Below, piece by piece: positions 63,291 to 64,000 of a stretch of 64,000 nt of DNA. Numbering within the stretch: position 1 is the stretch's first letter; every line of letters starts with the position of its first letter. Below the pieces are notes generated by a model. It did no database searches. It had not been told where the DNA came from and was given only the letters and a program-made list of their open reading frames with translations. A program made the translations under genes and the position numbers. This DNA is from the human T2T-CHM13v2.0 reference genome, Homo sapiens, in assembly GCF_009914755.1 (NCBI RefSeq), contig NC_060938.1. The stretch is one strand, 5' to 3'.

Positions 63291-64000
63291 CATAATTATA
63301 CCTTTCAAAGGCAGGGACCCATTTTTATTGAAATTATTCTTCCATATTCCCCCACCCCAAAATTAATTCATAGTTTTTAGAACATAAAGTGCCTTCCACA
63401 TTAGAAATGAGGTTCATAAGAAATATTAGAAAATATTTTGACATTTTAAAAGATTTTGTGTCTTTCATAAGGTGATAAAATAACCGTTAGGTTTTGAATT
63501 TCTATAGCATATAGAGAAATAATTTACAGCAAAATATCATGCCCCAATTTCTCAACAAACTCTCAACCAAGAGACATAATAGTGTACCTTATGTGGGCAT
63601 CTCTGCATATAACCTTAAGATTCAATTAGTTCTTAAGGAGCAAGACAAAATTACTCTATGCAAATGTCAAGGTGGCTCTCTTTAAGAAAACCTTAACATT
63701 TAAGGTTTCAGATCACTTTTAAGAACAGGAAGCATCAAATACGTGCTGTATCACTCTGAAAAAAGGTGAAGTCATATGCATCAAGATAAGAAAAGATGAT
63801 AATCAATTAGAATGAAAAACACACACATACCTAGATGAAGTTAGCTGGAGACTTATTAGGAAAATGAGTGGCTGTGTATGTAAATGAGGAAAAATAAATT
63901 AATGAGATGGATCTCCAATCAGAGATGCCACCAGAACTGTCAGTCTGGAAAACATAGCTGAAGCATATCTTAAAATGGCATACCTAAAAACAGGCTGCTT

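Overview
AT-rich primate (human-like) non-coding DNA, intergenic or deep-intronic. I can support no host protein-coding exon, rRNA, tRNA or CRISPR array. The long ORFs in the track are remnants of LINE-1 ORF2 or Tigger1 transposase, and the short ones are Alu-, LTR- or microsatellite-derived or random. Much of the window is interspersed repeat: 10 Alus, L1PA/L1PB/L1MA/L1MC/L1ME pieces (a nearly continuous nested L1 block at ~38.1-54.3 kb), a 5'-deleted Tigger1, MER1B, MADE1, MER94, several solo LTRs (MER66A-like with a nested MSTA, MLT1, MLT2, LTR6) and L2/MIR relics. Four structures stand out. (1) A 180-bp CpG-rich insert with an A-rich tail at 23.2 kb, which I recognise from memory as the start of the PCBP2 5'UTR, i.e. 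a 5'-end-only retrocopy. (2) A ~630-bp DNA-level inverted duplication (42827-43459 / 45706-46659) around a 2.25-kb spacer, with a 212-bp tract at 99% identity inside more diverged arms, suggesting gene conversion or a toggling inversion. (3) A 96-bp near-perfect hairpin at 29.6 kb. (4) A twin-primed L1PA2 with a 5' inversion and an exact TSD. Several small template-switch scars are also visible. Repeat subfamily names come from recalled consensus sequences, not a database search. I found no evidence for a new multi-gene system.
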